From contig CAVUDW010000002.1 in the NCBI GenBank assembly GCA_963740355.1, forward strand, positions 640,001 to 704,000: a DNA stretch of 64,000 nt. Direction: 5' to 3'. Positions 33,314-42,522 of this stretch are shown one piece after another; within the stretch, counting starts at the first letter, position 1, and each line of letters opens with the position of its first letter. The DNA is from an uncultured Gemmatimonadaceae bacterium. Its GTDB lineage: Bacteria; Gemmatimonadota; Gemmatimonadetes; Gemmatimonadales; Gemmatimonadaceae. Position numbers and translations under genes: made by a program. Below the pieces are notes generated by a model. It was given only the letters and a program-made list of their open reading frames with translations. It was not told the origin of the DNA and did no database searches.

Positions 33314-33946
33314 TCAGAAAAGTGACGCAATGAATGCGGCGTCAACCAGTGCGAGCGATTCAAGGTGGGCATGCGACGGAGCGTCGCTCACCGGTCCCAT
33401 GCTGACGGTGCGTAGTCCGGCCTGCGCCGCGCCGCAGAGCTGCTCACCTCGCGCGAATGCCACGCCGCGCGCCGAGTGCGTCTTCGTCCAGGCAGCGGTC
33501 CAAGCCGTGTGATGCGCTGTCGGATCCAGCTCCGCCAGCGACTGGATAGTACTCACAACCCCATCGAGGCCCGCCCGCTCGAGAAGCTGCTGTGCCTCGG
33601 TGCGTGATGCACGCGTCACGACTGCGATGGGAAACGCCGATGCCAGGTCCTCGATTGTGTTCCGGACCGCGGGATCGAAGGATGGCGTATGGCGAGCGAG
33701 CGCGTCGGTCACGATATCGCTCACGCGCCGGAGCACCAGCTCGCGCCCAAGGTCGTCGAGCTTCGTACGTTCGGACAGCCTCGCGAGCGCGATTGAAACG
33801 GCCACGCCTGCGTGTGCATGGCGAACGTCGGCTGGCGGCAGTTGCACCCCTTCCATGTCGAGCGCTCGGTGAAGGGCCTGCGCACGCATCTCGAGCGTGT
33901 CGAACAACAGCTCCTCGATCTCGAGCACGAGCGCTGTCCGCATCAC
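33314..33946 (-). CDS. Degenerate HAD-fold phosphatase-like protein
   Basis: Motif I is LEIEELLFDT (no DxD); motif II AVVT; GAAQAGLRTV. Confidence 0.6.
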   Translation of the reverse strand: MMRTALVLEIEELLFDTLEMRAQALHRALDMEGVQLPPADVRHAHAGVAVSIALARLSERTKLDDLGRELVLRRVSDIVTDALARHTPSFDPAVRNTIEDLASAFPIAVVTRASRTEAQQLLERAGLDGVVSTIQSLAELDPTAHHTAWTAAWTKTHSARGVAFARGEQLCGAAQAGLRTVSMGPVSDAPSHAHLESLALVDAAFIASLF

Positions 33947-35247
33947 GACGTGGCGTCTGCGGCGTAGGCTGCGTCGAGCAGGTCGATCGGGTGCACCACG
34001 CGCACGGGCGAACCTGCCCGGCGCAGGCCGGCGCCGATCTGCATCAGGCAGCCGGGATTTCCGGTCGCCACCAGCGTCGCCTTCGTGGCCGCGATGTTCC
34101 GCAGCTTTGGCGCCAGCACCGCGTCCGATACGTCAGGCTCGATCAGGTTGTAGATGCCAGCCGAGCCGCAGCACTGATCGCTGTCCTCGAGTGGCACATG
34201 TGTGAGGTTGCCGATGGCCTTCAGCACTGCCAGTGGAGGCGAGGTCAATCGTTGCGCATGCTGGAGGTGGCACGGAGCGTCGTACGTGATGCGCAACGGC
34301 GACGGCAGTGCGGCTGGCCGCGGTCCACGCGCGGCCAGCAGTTCGGTCGCGTCACGCGTGCGAGCACTCACTGCCTCAGCACGGAGTTGCCATTCCGGCT
34401 CATCGTGCAGCAGGTGTGCGTACTCCTTCAACATCGCGCCGCAACCGGCTGCATTCACGGCGATCAGTGCATCGGGCGTGGCCTCGAAGGCCATGATATT
34501 CGCCTTCGCCAGTGCGCGGGCGGTCTGCAGATCGCCCGCATGTGCATGCAACGCACCGCAGCACCCCTGCGCCGGTGTGTCGATCACGCGATAGCCATTC
34601 ACCGTCAGTGTCCGCTCGGTGGCGGCGTTGGTGGCAGTCTGCAATCCCTCCATCACGCAACCGCGCAGCAATGACACCTCGCCCGCCGTACCATCGCCCT
34701 TCGCCTCGTACGAGCGCGCGCCGAGCACAGGCTGTGTGCTGGCCAGCATCGCCATGCCGGCGCCGATGCGGCCCGGAAGACCCGCGAGCATCGACGGCAA
34801 CCCGAGCGCGCGCACGACGCGGCCACCGAACAACGCCATTCGCAGCAGCGTGGGCGAGGCGAAGACGCCGAGGATCAACCGTGCGACCAGCGGTGGCGCG
34901 GTGACGCCGCGCATCGTCGCACGCGTCGCCTCCAGCAGTTGACCGTACGGCACGCCACTCGGGCAGGCTGTTTCGCAGCCACGACAGCCAAGGCAGCGAT
35001 CCATGTGCTGTTGCACCACAGGATCGGTCAGCGCGATCTCGCCATCGAGCAGGCCGCGCATCAACACGATGCGGCCACGCGGACTATCGTTCTCGTCCTC
35101 GAGCGCGAGATAGGTCGGACAGGCCTGCAGACAGAAGCCGCAATGCACACAGGCGTCGATTCCAGCCGACGCGTGTGCCAGTGGTGAGCCGGGAAGCGCA
35201 CAACTGGTGGCAGTGGTCGACACCTGCATCGGTAACGGCTCACGCAT
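33943..35247 (-). CDS. glcF: Glycolate oxidase Fe-S subunit
   Basis: CVHCGFCLQACP, CLGCRGCETACP, two CCG domains. Confidence 0.92.
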   Translation of the reverse strand: MREPLPMQVSTTATSCALPGSPLAHASAGIDACVHCGFCLQACPTYLALEDENDSPRGRIVLMRGLLDGEIALTDPVVQQHMDRCLGCRGCETACPSGVPYGQLLEATRATMRGVTAPPLVARLILGVFASPTLLRMALFGGRVVRALGLPSMLAGLPGRIGAGMAMLASTQPVLGARSYEAKGDGTAGEVSLLRGCVMEGLQTATNAATERTLTVNGYRVIDTPAQGCCGALHAHAGDLQTARALAKANIMAFEATPDALIAVNAAGCGAMLKEYAHLLHDEPEWQLRAEAVSARTRDATELLAARGPRPAALPSPLRITYDAPCHLQHAQRLTSPPLAVLKAIGNLTHVPLEDSDQCCGSAGIYNLIEPDVSDAVLAPKLRNIAATKATLVATGNPGCLMQIGAGLRRAGSPVRVVHPIDLLDAAYAADATS

Positions 35248-36412
35248 CAGTGAATGCTCGTCGATTGCAGATCGCGGATGGATCGAATGCGGCGCGAATG
35301 CGACCAGCCAGTCCGCCATCGAAGGGATCGGGTTCGGTCATCCACCATTCACTTGGGAGTCGCTCCGGGATTCGGTGCTCTCCTGCGATCTGTTCCTGCA
35401 ACGCGGTGCGCAGCGCGGTTGCCTCGCCAGTGACGACCACCCGCACGATCCCGCGCGAGACGGTGGCGTGGAGCGCGGCACTGACGGACCCGTGCGGATC
35501 AGCCTCGGCGAGGGCTCTGCGTAGCCTCTCGATTCTTTCCGGCAGATCACTCACGCCGCCGCTGAACCGAACCACCGCACTCGCAGCCTGATCGAGCAGC
35601 GCCAGCTTTCCCCAGACGCTGGCGTCGCACGCCGCAACTGATGCATGGCGTTTGATGGCAGCCTGCTGACCGCTTACGAACGCGTCATTGCCGCCAATCC
35701 GCACGAGGATCACATCGGCGCCGCTGTCGCTGATGTCGAGCGCGCGAGCCGTTGCGCCATCGATCCACTCGCAGGCCATCAGCGACAGCGTGTGCTGACG
35801 CAGATTCGCAATCATCGTCGGCAGGCTCGTTTGATCGGCGACTGGCACGACCAGTGTCACATCGTGCACGGGTAGTGCGCGCAGCCTGAGGGTGACGGAT
35901 GTGATCGGGCCGAGGGTGCCCCAGCTGCCGGTGTAGAGTCTGACGAGGTCGAAGCCCGCCACGTTCTTCACCACGCGTCCACCTGGTCGCACCTGCTCGC
36001 CGTAACCCGTGATCGCCTCGAGGCCCAGGACCAGGTCGCGTGGTGTGCCGAATGCATGTGCCAGTGGCCCTGCCGACGCGGTGGCGACTGTGGCACCGAT
36101 CGTTCCCAGGTGATCACCTGCTGGATCGAGGGCCAGCCATTGCCCGTGTGCGGCAGTGGCGTGCGACAATTCGGCCAGCGAAGTGCCCGCCCAGGCGGTG
36201 ATCGTGAGATCGCCCGGCACATACGCGATGATCCCACTGAGTGCGCGCAGCGTGAGTGATCGGCTGGCAGCGAGTGGTGGCCCTGCATCGCGCCATGTGC
36301 CGGCGCCGGTGAGTGCAACAGGTGCCGATGTTGCAGCCGCGTCGCGCAACACATCTCGCAGCTCGTCCACCGTCTGCGGAACGATCAACATGCCGGTTGC
36401 GCTGGTCGTCAC
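35240..36412 (-). CDS. glcE: Glycolate oxidase FAD-binding subunit
   Basis: GTIGA, GGRVVKNVAGFDL, GSWGTLG, FDPSAICN; GTG start overlaps the glcD stop. Confidence 0.88.
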   Translation of the reverse strand: MTTSATGMLIVPQTVDELRDVLRDAAATSAPVALTGAGTWRDAGPPLAASRSLTLRALSGIIAYVPGDLTITAWAGTSLAELSHATAAHGQWLALDPAGDHLGTIGATVATASAGPLAHAFGTPRDLVLGLEAITGYGEQVRPGGRVVKNVAGFDLVRLYTGSWGTLGPITSVTLRLRALPVHDVTLVVPVADQTSLPTMIANLRQHTLSLMACEWIDGATARALDISDSGADVILVRIGGNDAFVSGQQAAIKRHASVAACDASVWGKLALLDQAASAVVRFSGGVSDLPERIERLRRALAEADPHGSVSAALHATVSRGIVRVVVTGEATALRTALQEQIAGEHRIPERLPSEWWMTEPDPFDGGLAGRIRAAFDPSAICNRRAFTDA

Positions 36413-37827
36413 GCGCGGCGACCCGCTGGTGCCTGGTGCCACTCGCGGCAGGAGTGCACGGGCACGACCTTGCCGCGATTCGAGCGATGGGCCGGATCGA
36501 ACACATCGCGCAACCGGCACATCGCTGCCAGCGTGTCGCCATCGAAGAGGGACGGCATGTAGTCGATCTTGTCGAGACCGACACCATGTTCGCCTGTGAT
36601 CGTGCCCCCTTCGCGGATACACGCCTTCATGATCTCCGTCATGCAGGCATGCACCCGTTCGGCTTCGTCGCCGTTGTCGGCGTCGTAACTCACGCTCGGA
36701 TGCAAGTTGCCGTCGCCGGCGTGGAAGATGTTCCAGACGGCGACGCCGTGGCGCGCGCCAATGTCGGCGATCTCCTGCAGGATGGCAGGCAGCCGCGTGC
36801 GCGGAACCACTGCGTCCTGCAGCACGAGATGCGGCGCCGCACGTCCCATGGCGCCAAACGCTTTTTTCCGGCCCTGCCAGAGCAGCGCCCGTTCCGCCGC
36901 CTCGGTCGCGATACGCACGTCGCGCGCGCCGAATTCCTTGCAGATCGCGGCGACGGCTGCCACGTCGTCGTCGAGACCATCGGCCACCCCGTCGAGATCC
37001 ACCAGCAACACTGCATCACAATCGGTCGGATAGCCGGCCGCGTAGATCGACGCTTCGACGAGGCGCACTGCGGCGCCATCCATCATCTCGAGTGCGGCCG
37101 GCAGGATGCCGCGGGCGATGATGGCGCTGGTCGAGAGCGCCGCCGCGTTGAGCGACATGAAGTCGGCCAGCAACGTGCGAACGACCGGCGCGTTCGGCAG
37201 CAGTCGCACCGTGCAATCGAGCGCAATACCGAAGCACCCTTCCGAGCCCACGAATGCACCGAGCAGGTCGTAGCCAGGCGTCTCACCGAGTGGCGAGCCG
37301 AGCGACACGATCTCGCCGTCGGGAAGGATCACGGTGCAGGCGACCGTGTGGTTGAGCGTCACACCGTATTTCAGGCAGTGTGGCCCGCCGGCGTTTTCGG
37401 CCACGTTGCCGCCGATGGTACAGGCGCTCTGGCTCGAGGGATCGGGCGCGTAGTGCAGTCCGTGTGCGCCGGCGGCTTTCTGCAGCACGCTGTTGACCAC
37501 GCCTGGCTCGACGGTCGCGATGCGGTTCACTGGATCGATGTCGATGATCCGGGTCAGCCGATTGAGCCCGACCAGCACGGTGCCATCGGCGAGTGCGCCG
37601 CCGCTCAGCCCCGTACCGGCGCCGCGAGGCACGAATGGCACACCGGCAGTGGCGAGGGCACGGACGACGGCAATCAGTTCGTCACGGGTACCCGGAAAGA
37701 CGGCGAGCGAGGGCGTCTGGTGGTATCCCGGCAACCCATCGCTGGCGTAGGCGACGAGTGCGCTGGGGCGCTCGAGCACGCGCCGTTCCCCGACGATCGC
37801 CGCGAGGGTCGCGGCAAGGGTACTCAT
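36409..37827 (-). CDS. glcD: Glycolate oxidase subunit
   Basis: PRGAGTGLSGG, APDPSSQ, ENAGGPHCLKYG, HAGDGNLH, GEHGVG. Confidence 0.93.
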   Translation of the reverse strand: MSTLAATLAAIVGERRVLERPSALVAYASDGLPGYHQTPSLAVFPGTRDELIAVVRALATAGVPFVPRGAGTGLSGGALADGTVLVGLNRLTRIIDIDPVNRIATVEPGVVNSVLQKAAGAHGLHYAPDPSSQSACTIGGNVAENAGGPHCLKYGVTLNHTVACTVILPDGEIVSLGSPLGETPGYDLLGAFVGSEGCFGIALDCTVRLLPNAPVVRTLLADFMSLNAAALSTSAIIARGILPAALEMMDGAAVRLVEASIYAAGYPTDCDAVLLVDLDGVADGLDDDVAAVAAICKEFGARDVRIATEAAERALLWQGRKKAFGAMGRAAPHLVLQDAVVPRTRLPAILQEIADIGARHGVAVWNIFHAGDGNLHPSVSYDADNGDEAERVHACMTEIMKACIREGGTITGEHGVGLDKIDYMPSLFDGDTLAAMCRLRDVFDPAHRSNRGKVVPVHSCREWHQAPAGRRA

Positions 37828-37910
37828 GGGCCGTCAGCCCGGAATCAGGGTCATGATCACCCCTGCAAACTACCACCGACCGCGAGTGTTGCATCGCGTC
37901 GGGGCTCGCG

Positions 37911-38378
37911 TCAATTCGCGGGCGGTTCCTGCGTCGCCGCAACGCGCTCGACGAGCGACAGGAGCATGGCGAGTTCGAACGGCTTCGGAACCACCGGGCA
38001 GCCAGTGCGTGCAAGGAACTCGACGGCTTCCTCGTCTCCGGTGTCGCCCGACGAAAAAATGAACCGCCTGCCGAGCGCTGCGTTGACATGCGAGACGGCG
38101 TCGTGGAGCTCCATCCCCGAGAGTCGCGGCATGCGAATATCGGTCAGGACTGCATCGAACCGATTCGCGACCATATCCCCATCGAGCAGCATCGCGCGCG
38201 CGTGCTCGCCGTCCTCGGCTTCGCACACCGACCAGCCGCGACGGGTGAAGTAGCGGCGCAATGCTGATCGTAACGTCGCCTCATCATCGACCAGCAACAG
38301 CGTCCGTGCCGGTCGCTCGATCTGCGCGCCGCCGAGCGGTGCTGCAGCGCTCGGTGATGACGGGTCGGTACTGATCAT
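37911..38378 (-). CDS. Single-domain response regulator
   Basis: LLVDDE, TDIRMP, SSG, KPF. Confidence 0.88.
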   Translation of the reverse strand: MISTDPSSPSAAAPLGGAQIERPARTLLLVDDEATLRSALRRYFTRRGWSVCEAEDGEHARAMLLDGDMVANRFDAVLTDIRMPRLSGMELHDAVSHVNAALGRRFIFSSGDTGDEEAVEFLARTGCPVVPKPFELAMLLSLVERVAATQEPPAN

Positions 38379-38477
38379 TCGTGTCGGTATGCGTTGGGTG
38401 GACCTGCAACCTATATCGCCCGAACGCAGAGGCCAGCTCGAGTGTTGGACACAAATCATTAGCCCGCACACACAAAG

Positions 38478-38504
38478 ACCACGACGCGCGAGGCACGTCG
38501 TGGT
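38478..38504 (-). terminator. Possible terminator after the sigma-factor gene
   Basis: ACCACGACG/CGTCGTGGT stem followed on the minus strand by CTTTGTGTGT (weak U tract). Confidence 0.4.
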
Positions 38505-38592
38505 GTATATGAAACGCTACTAATCAAAACTCGAAGCGTTACTTCCGTGATGTCACACGATCACCGGATCGTCACATCCTGACACATCAGGC

Positions 38593-39486
38593 TCAGGCCA
38601 CCTGCCAGAAGCCGGCGAGGGCGTTGCCGTCGGCGCTGTCGCGCAGCTTCTCGAAGGCGCGCTCTCGGATCTGGCGAATGCGTTCGCGGGTCACGCCGAG
38701 CAGGTCGCCGATACGCTCGAGGGTCATCGGCTCGGCCTTGTCGTCGAGGCCGTAGTACATGGTGAGGATCTGGCGCTCGCGGATGGTCAGGTGCTTCTGA
38801 ATCGCATCCTTGACGAAGACACGCATCAGGCGCTCATCCGTCGCTTCCTCGATGTCACCGCCGTCGGAGATCGAGAACCGTTCACCGAGGGTGCTGGCGT
38901 CGCGGTCAGACTTGTCGACCGGCGCATCGAGCGAGGTCTCGCTGGTGGTCATCTGGCGCTGGGCGCGGACCGTCTCGGCGTCCTCGTTGATCATCTGGCC
39001 GAGCTCGGCATCCGTCGGCTCGCGATTGAGCTTCGCGGCGAGGATCTGCTCCGCCTTGGCCATCCGGAGGAGGGCCGAATTCTGGTTCAACGGCACCCGG
39101 ATGCTGCGGGTCTGCTCGGCGAGGGCCTTGAGCACGGCCTGGCGGACCCACCACACGGCGTACGAGATGAACTTCACGCCCTGGTCTGGATCGAACTTCC
39201 GGACGGCCTTGAGCAGCCCCTCATTGCCGATGGCGACGAGCTCGGCGAGGTCGAGTCCGTGACCCTGGTACTTCTTCACGTAGCTGATGACGAAGCGAAG
39301 GTTCGCCGTGACGAGCCGCTCTGCGGCGGCGACGTCACCTTCCTGTGCGAGGCGTGCCAAGGCACGTTCCTCGGCCACACTGCCGATCAGCGGAAGGCGC
39401 TTGATGTCGGCGAGGTACTGGTCGAACGTGCTGCCGCCAGTGCTGCGTGAGGTCTGGCGACTGCGAGATGACGCGACCTTCTCCAT
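38593..39486 (-). CDS. Alternative sigma-70 factor (RpoD/RpoS-like, no region 1.1)
   Basis: ANLRFVIS, GNEGLLKAVRKFDP, FISYAVWWVRQ, SLDAPV, TLERIG..LGVTRERIRQI; GGGAGA RBS before ATG 39486. Confidence 0.93.
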   Translation of the reverse strand: MEKVASSRSRQTSRSTGGSTFDQYLADIKRLPLIGSVAEERALARLAQEGDVAAAERLVTANLRFVISYVKKYQGHGLDLAELVAIGNEGLLKAVRKFDPDQGVKFISYAVWWVRQAVLKALAEQTRSIRVPLNQNSALLRMAKAEQILAAKLNREPTDAELGQMINEDAETVRAQRQMTTSETSLDAPVDKSDRDASTLGERFSISDGGDIEEATDERLMRVFVKDAIQKHLTIRERQILTMYYGLDDKAEPMTLERIGDLLGVTRERIRQIRERAFEKLRDSADGNALAGFWQVA

Positions 39487-39687
39487 GGGTGTCTCCCTGC
39501 GCTTGGACGCCACTGGATGCGACGCCAGCCGTGTCGATCACATCAGGTCGAGGGCTGGTCGGCGAGATGGTCAAAACCGGGGCATGCCGATTTCGTGGGC
39601 ACAATAACCGTCACGGGATCCTGACATGTCAAGTGTCAACTTTTGTAGACACTTTCTCGCATCCCGCTCTGTGACATTGCTCAGCCG

Positions 39688-39714
39688 TTAGCACTCACGC
39701 CGCCGGAGTGTCAA
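39688..39714. promoter_or_regulatory. CIRCE element (HrcA operator) overlapping a TTGACA promoter
   Basis: TTAGCACTC-acgccgccg-GAGTGTCAA against consensus TTAGCACTC-N9-GAGTGCTAA (16/18). The minus strand reads TTGACA-N18-TAACGG. Confidence 0.85.
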
Positions 39715-39798
39715 CTTTGCGTGATATTTCCAATGCTAGAGTCCGTTTCAAGTTGTCGTATTGCAAGCAGTTCACCTACCTTCGACTCATCTTCCGGG

Positions 39799-40386
39799 TT
39801 ACTCGCCGCGACGCACGAGTTGGGCATATCCGCGCTTTCGACCGAACCGTCTGGCCTCCGAACAGTCGGCCATCCAGACGTCAATTCGCCCGCCTTTGAT
39901 GACGCCCCCGGTGTCGTCCGCCAGAAATCGACCGTACTTCCCGCGCCCGATGAAGAGGTCCACTTCGCGGCCGAGCGGGAAGAGTTTGCGATCGACGGCG
40001 ATGATGCCGTCGCGAACGAGGTTGCCACGCCGCGTGCGACCCTGGAGGCAGTAGGCGGTGATGCTGACCGCGATCCGTTCACCGGCGCGGGCGCGATCCT
40101 CGATGCTCCGAAAGAGTTTGCCCTTGGGCACCAGCGCCTTCGGCAGGACGCGCTTGGGCAGGGCGCTGAACGGCACCGCGACCGTCGTCGTGTCTCCCGG
40201 CAGGTCGAGTGAGTCAGTGTCGCCGCTGTCGGCGACGACATCGGCCTTGGGAAAAGTCGGGAACGACGTCGGGTGCGCCACGAACCAGATCGCCGCGCCA
40301 CCGATGGCCAATTCGATCGCAATCCGGATGCGCTGCCGACGACGCTTCCGGCGCCGCCGGATCGGCGGCGTCGGCGCGTCGCTCAC
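39799..40386 (-). CDS. Membrane-anchored 3D-domain (cell-wall lytic) protein
   Basis: ITAYC, IAVD, DTGGVIKGGRIDVW; basic N-terminus followed by a TM. Confidence 0.85.
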   Translation of the reverse strand: MSDAPTPPIRRRRKRRRQRIRIAIELAIGGAAIWFVAHPTSFPTFPKADVVADSGDTDSLDLPGDTTTVAVPFSALPKRVLPKALVPKGKLFRSIEDRARAGERIAVSITAYCLQGRTRRGNLVRDGIIAVDRKLFPLGREVDLFIGRGKYGRFLADDTGGVIKGGRIDVWMADCSEARRFGRKRGYAQLVRRGE

Positions 40387-41451
40387 GAGGCCCGTAGCGC
40401 GGCGATCGCCACGTCGCTCGATACTCTGGTGCCGTATCCCTGATCGGCGCCCGTCATGGCCCCGCAGCGCGCCGGGAGCGCGTATTCCACCTGCCCGGCG
40501 CGCGATTTCTTGTCGCTGGCAGTGGCTTCGACGATGGCTTCGGGAGTGAGAATCCCGGGCACCGTCGATGGAAGCCCGAAGTGCTCCAGCGCGGCCAGCA
40601 GTTGCGCCTCGAGCGCCGGATCACAGAGGCCGAGCGCGATGGCGATACGTGTCTCCACCAACATGCCGAACGCCACGCAGGCGCCATGTGGCACGGTGTA
40701 ATCCATCAACTGTTCAACGGCGTGACCGATCGTGTGGCCGTAAGTTGAGGATCTTCCGCAGCCCATGTTCGCGCTCGTCCGAGGCCACCACCTCCGCCTT
40801 GATCTGAACGCTTCGCGACACGACCGCCAGCCAATCGGCGCGCGTCAGGTCGAGCGTGGCCACCGACTCGAAATAGGCTGCGTCGCAGATGACACCGTGC
40901 TTGAGCGCTTCAGCGAGGCCGTTCACCCGCTCCAGGATTGGCAGCGTGTGCAGCGTGTCGAGATCAGCGACGACGGCGACCGGCGGATGAAATGCGCCGA
41001 CGAGATTCTTGCCATGCGGCGTATCGACGCCGGTCTTGCCGCCGATGGAGGCGTCGACCATGCCGAGCAGGGTGGTTGGCACGTGGAGAACCGGCACACC
41101 ACGCAGATAGGTCGCGGCGACGAACCCGGTCAGGTCCGTCACCACGCCACCGCCGAGGGCGATCAGCAGGCAGTCGCGACCGAAGCGCGCTTCGAGCAGC
41201 GCGTCAGTGATGCGGGCCCACGTCACGCGGGTCTTGTGCTCCTCACCTGCCGGGATCGAGATCAGGGTGCTTCGATCTTCGCCCAGCACCGACGCGATGC
41301 GATCGGCATACAGCGGACCCACGACCTCGTCGGTGATCACGGCGATGCGGTGCGCTCGTGCCAGTTCCGGTACCAACTCCGGCAGCGACGCGAGCAGGCC
41401 GTGCCCCACGAACACGGGATACGGCAATGTGCGGCACGTCGCGACGGTCAT
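40383..41451 (-). CDS. aroB: 3-dehydroquinate synthase, +1 frameshift at about 40742
   Basis: GEEHKT, ALGGGVVTDLTGF, PTTLLGMVDASIGGKTG. ILN jumps frame to YGHTIGHAVE...HGACVAFG...DKK. Confidence 0.92.
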
Positions 41452-41461
41452 CGCGGGTGGC

Positions 41462-42013
41462 CTACCAGGTGACTTCGCCGGCACCGGCGCGCTTGTTGGC
41501 GACGCGCGCGAGCGTGAAGAGCAGGTCGGAGAGGCGATTGAGGTAGATCACCACCAGATCCGGGACGTCGGCGTCATGCTGGAGCGTCACGACTCGACGC
41601 TCGGCACGACGACAGACGGTGCGTGCCACATGCAGCGCGGCCGCTTTCGGCGTGCCACCCGGCATGATGAAGCTCTTCAGCGGTTCGAGCTCGGCGTCGC
41701 CGGCGTCGATGGCACGCTCGAGCTGCTCGATGCGCTCATCGTCAATCCGTGCCTTGGTGAGTTGCTCGGACATCTTTTCGCGGTCTGGCGTCGCGAGAAT
41801 GGCGCCGATCGAGAAGAGGTCGCGCTGGAGCGGCACCAGCACCTCGTCGATGCGCGGCATCAGTTCGATGGCGCGCGCCATGCCGATGACGGCATTCAGT
41901 TCGTCGACGTCGCCGTACGCTTCGACACGCGGATTGTCCTTGGCCACGCGACCGCCGCCGAACAGACCGGTGTCGCCCTTGTCACCCGTGCGGGTGTAGA
42001 TCTTGAATGACAT
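41462..42013 (-). CDS. PduO-type ATP:cob(I)alamin adenosyltransferase
   Basis: KIYTRTGDKGDT, AYGDVDELN, RTVCRRAER, YLNRLSDLLF. Confidence 0.95.
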   Translation of the reverse strand: MSFKIYTRTGDKGDTGLFGGGRVAKDNPRVEAYGDVDELNAVIGMARAIELMPRIDEVLVPLQRDLFSIGAILATPDREKMSEQLTKARIDDERIEQLERAIDAGDAELEPLKSFIMPGGTPKAAALHVARTVCRRAERRVVTLQHDADVPDLVVIYLNRLSDLLFTLARVANKRAGAGEVTW

Positions 42014-42045
42014 GCCGCAAGCTAGCGATTCGGCCCAAGTGCAAC

Positions 42046-42343
42046 GCGGGTCAGGATCTCGATCAGATTCTCGAGCACGATCACCGACCCATTCGATCAA
42101 GATCTCTGACCCCTTCGATCAAGATCTCCGACCCCTTGATCTTTGGTTAACACACTCGCGCGCAACGACTTAGGCCTGCGATCGCGCGATCAAGATCTCT
42201 GACCCCTTGATCTTTGGTTAACACACTCGCGCGCAACGACTTAGGCCCGAAAACAGCCGATCAAGATCTCTGACCCCTTGATCGAAAACGGCCGAGCACG
42301 ATCTCTGACCCCTTGATCGATCAAGATCTCTGACCCCTTGATC
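42046..42343. repeat. Array of 25-bp palindromic repeats (REP/BIME-like)
   Basis: GATCAAGATCTCTGACCCCTTGATC at 42095, 42117, 42188, 42259 and 42319, partial at 42300, degenerate at about 42073, inverted degenerate at about 42046. Confidence 0.9.
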
Positions 42344-42522
42344 GGAGGCTAAAGCACAGCTGTCGAACGTCTTGCGTGCGCCTTTCGCCGTACCGACCAC
42401 ACAGCGCGCCGATCGAGGTGGCACCGAACGCGTTTTTCGGACCGCCAGTCCTGTCAGGCACTCGTGAAGACGGCCCGCGCGGGGTTTCGGGCGGGGCCCG
42501 GTGTGGTGAGTTTTGATCCACC

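Noticed and set aside
40735..40750. Programmed frameshift or phase variation in aroB
   Set aside because: No slippery heptamer or repeat tract; a single-base error explains it.
42095..42343. CRISPR array
   Set aside because: Spacers are duplicated or absent, spacing is irregular, and there are no cas genes or AT-rich leader.
42014..42522. Cobalamin riboswitch upstream of the adenosyltransferase
   Set aside because: I could not find the B12-box or other conserved motifs; the region is occupied by repeats.
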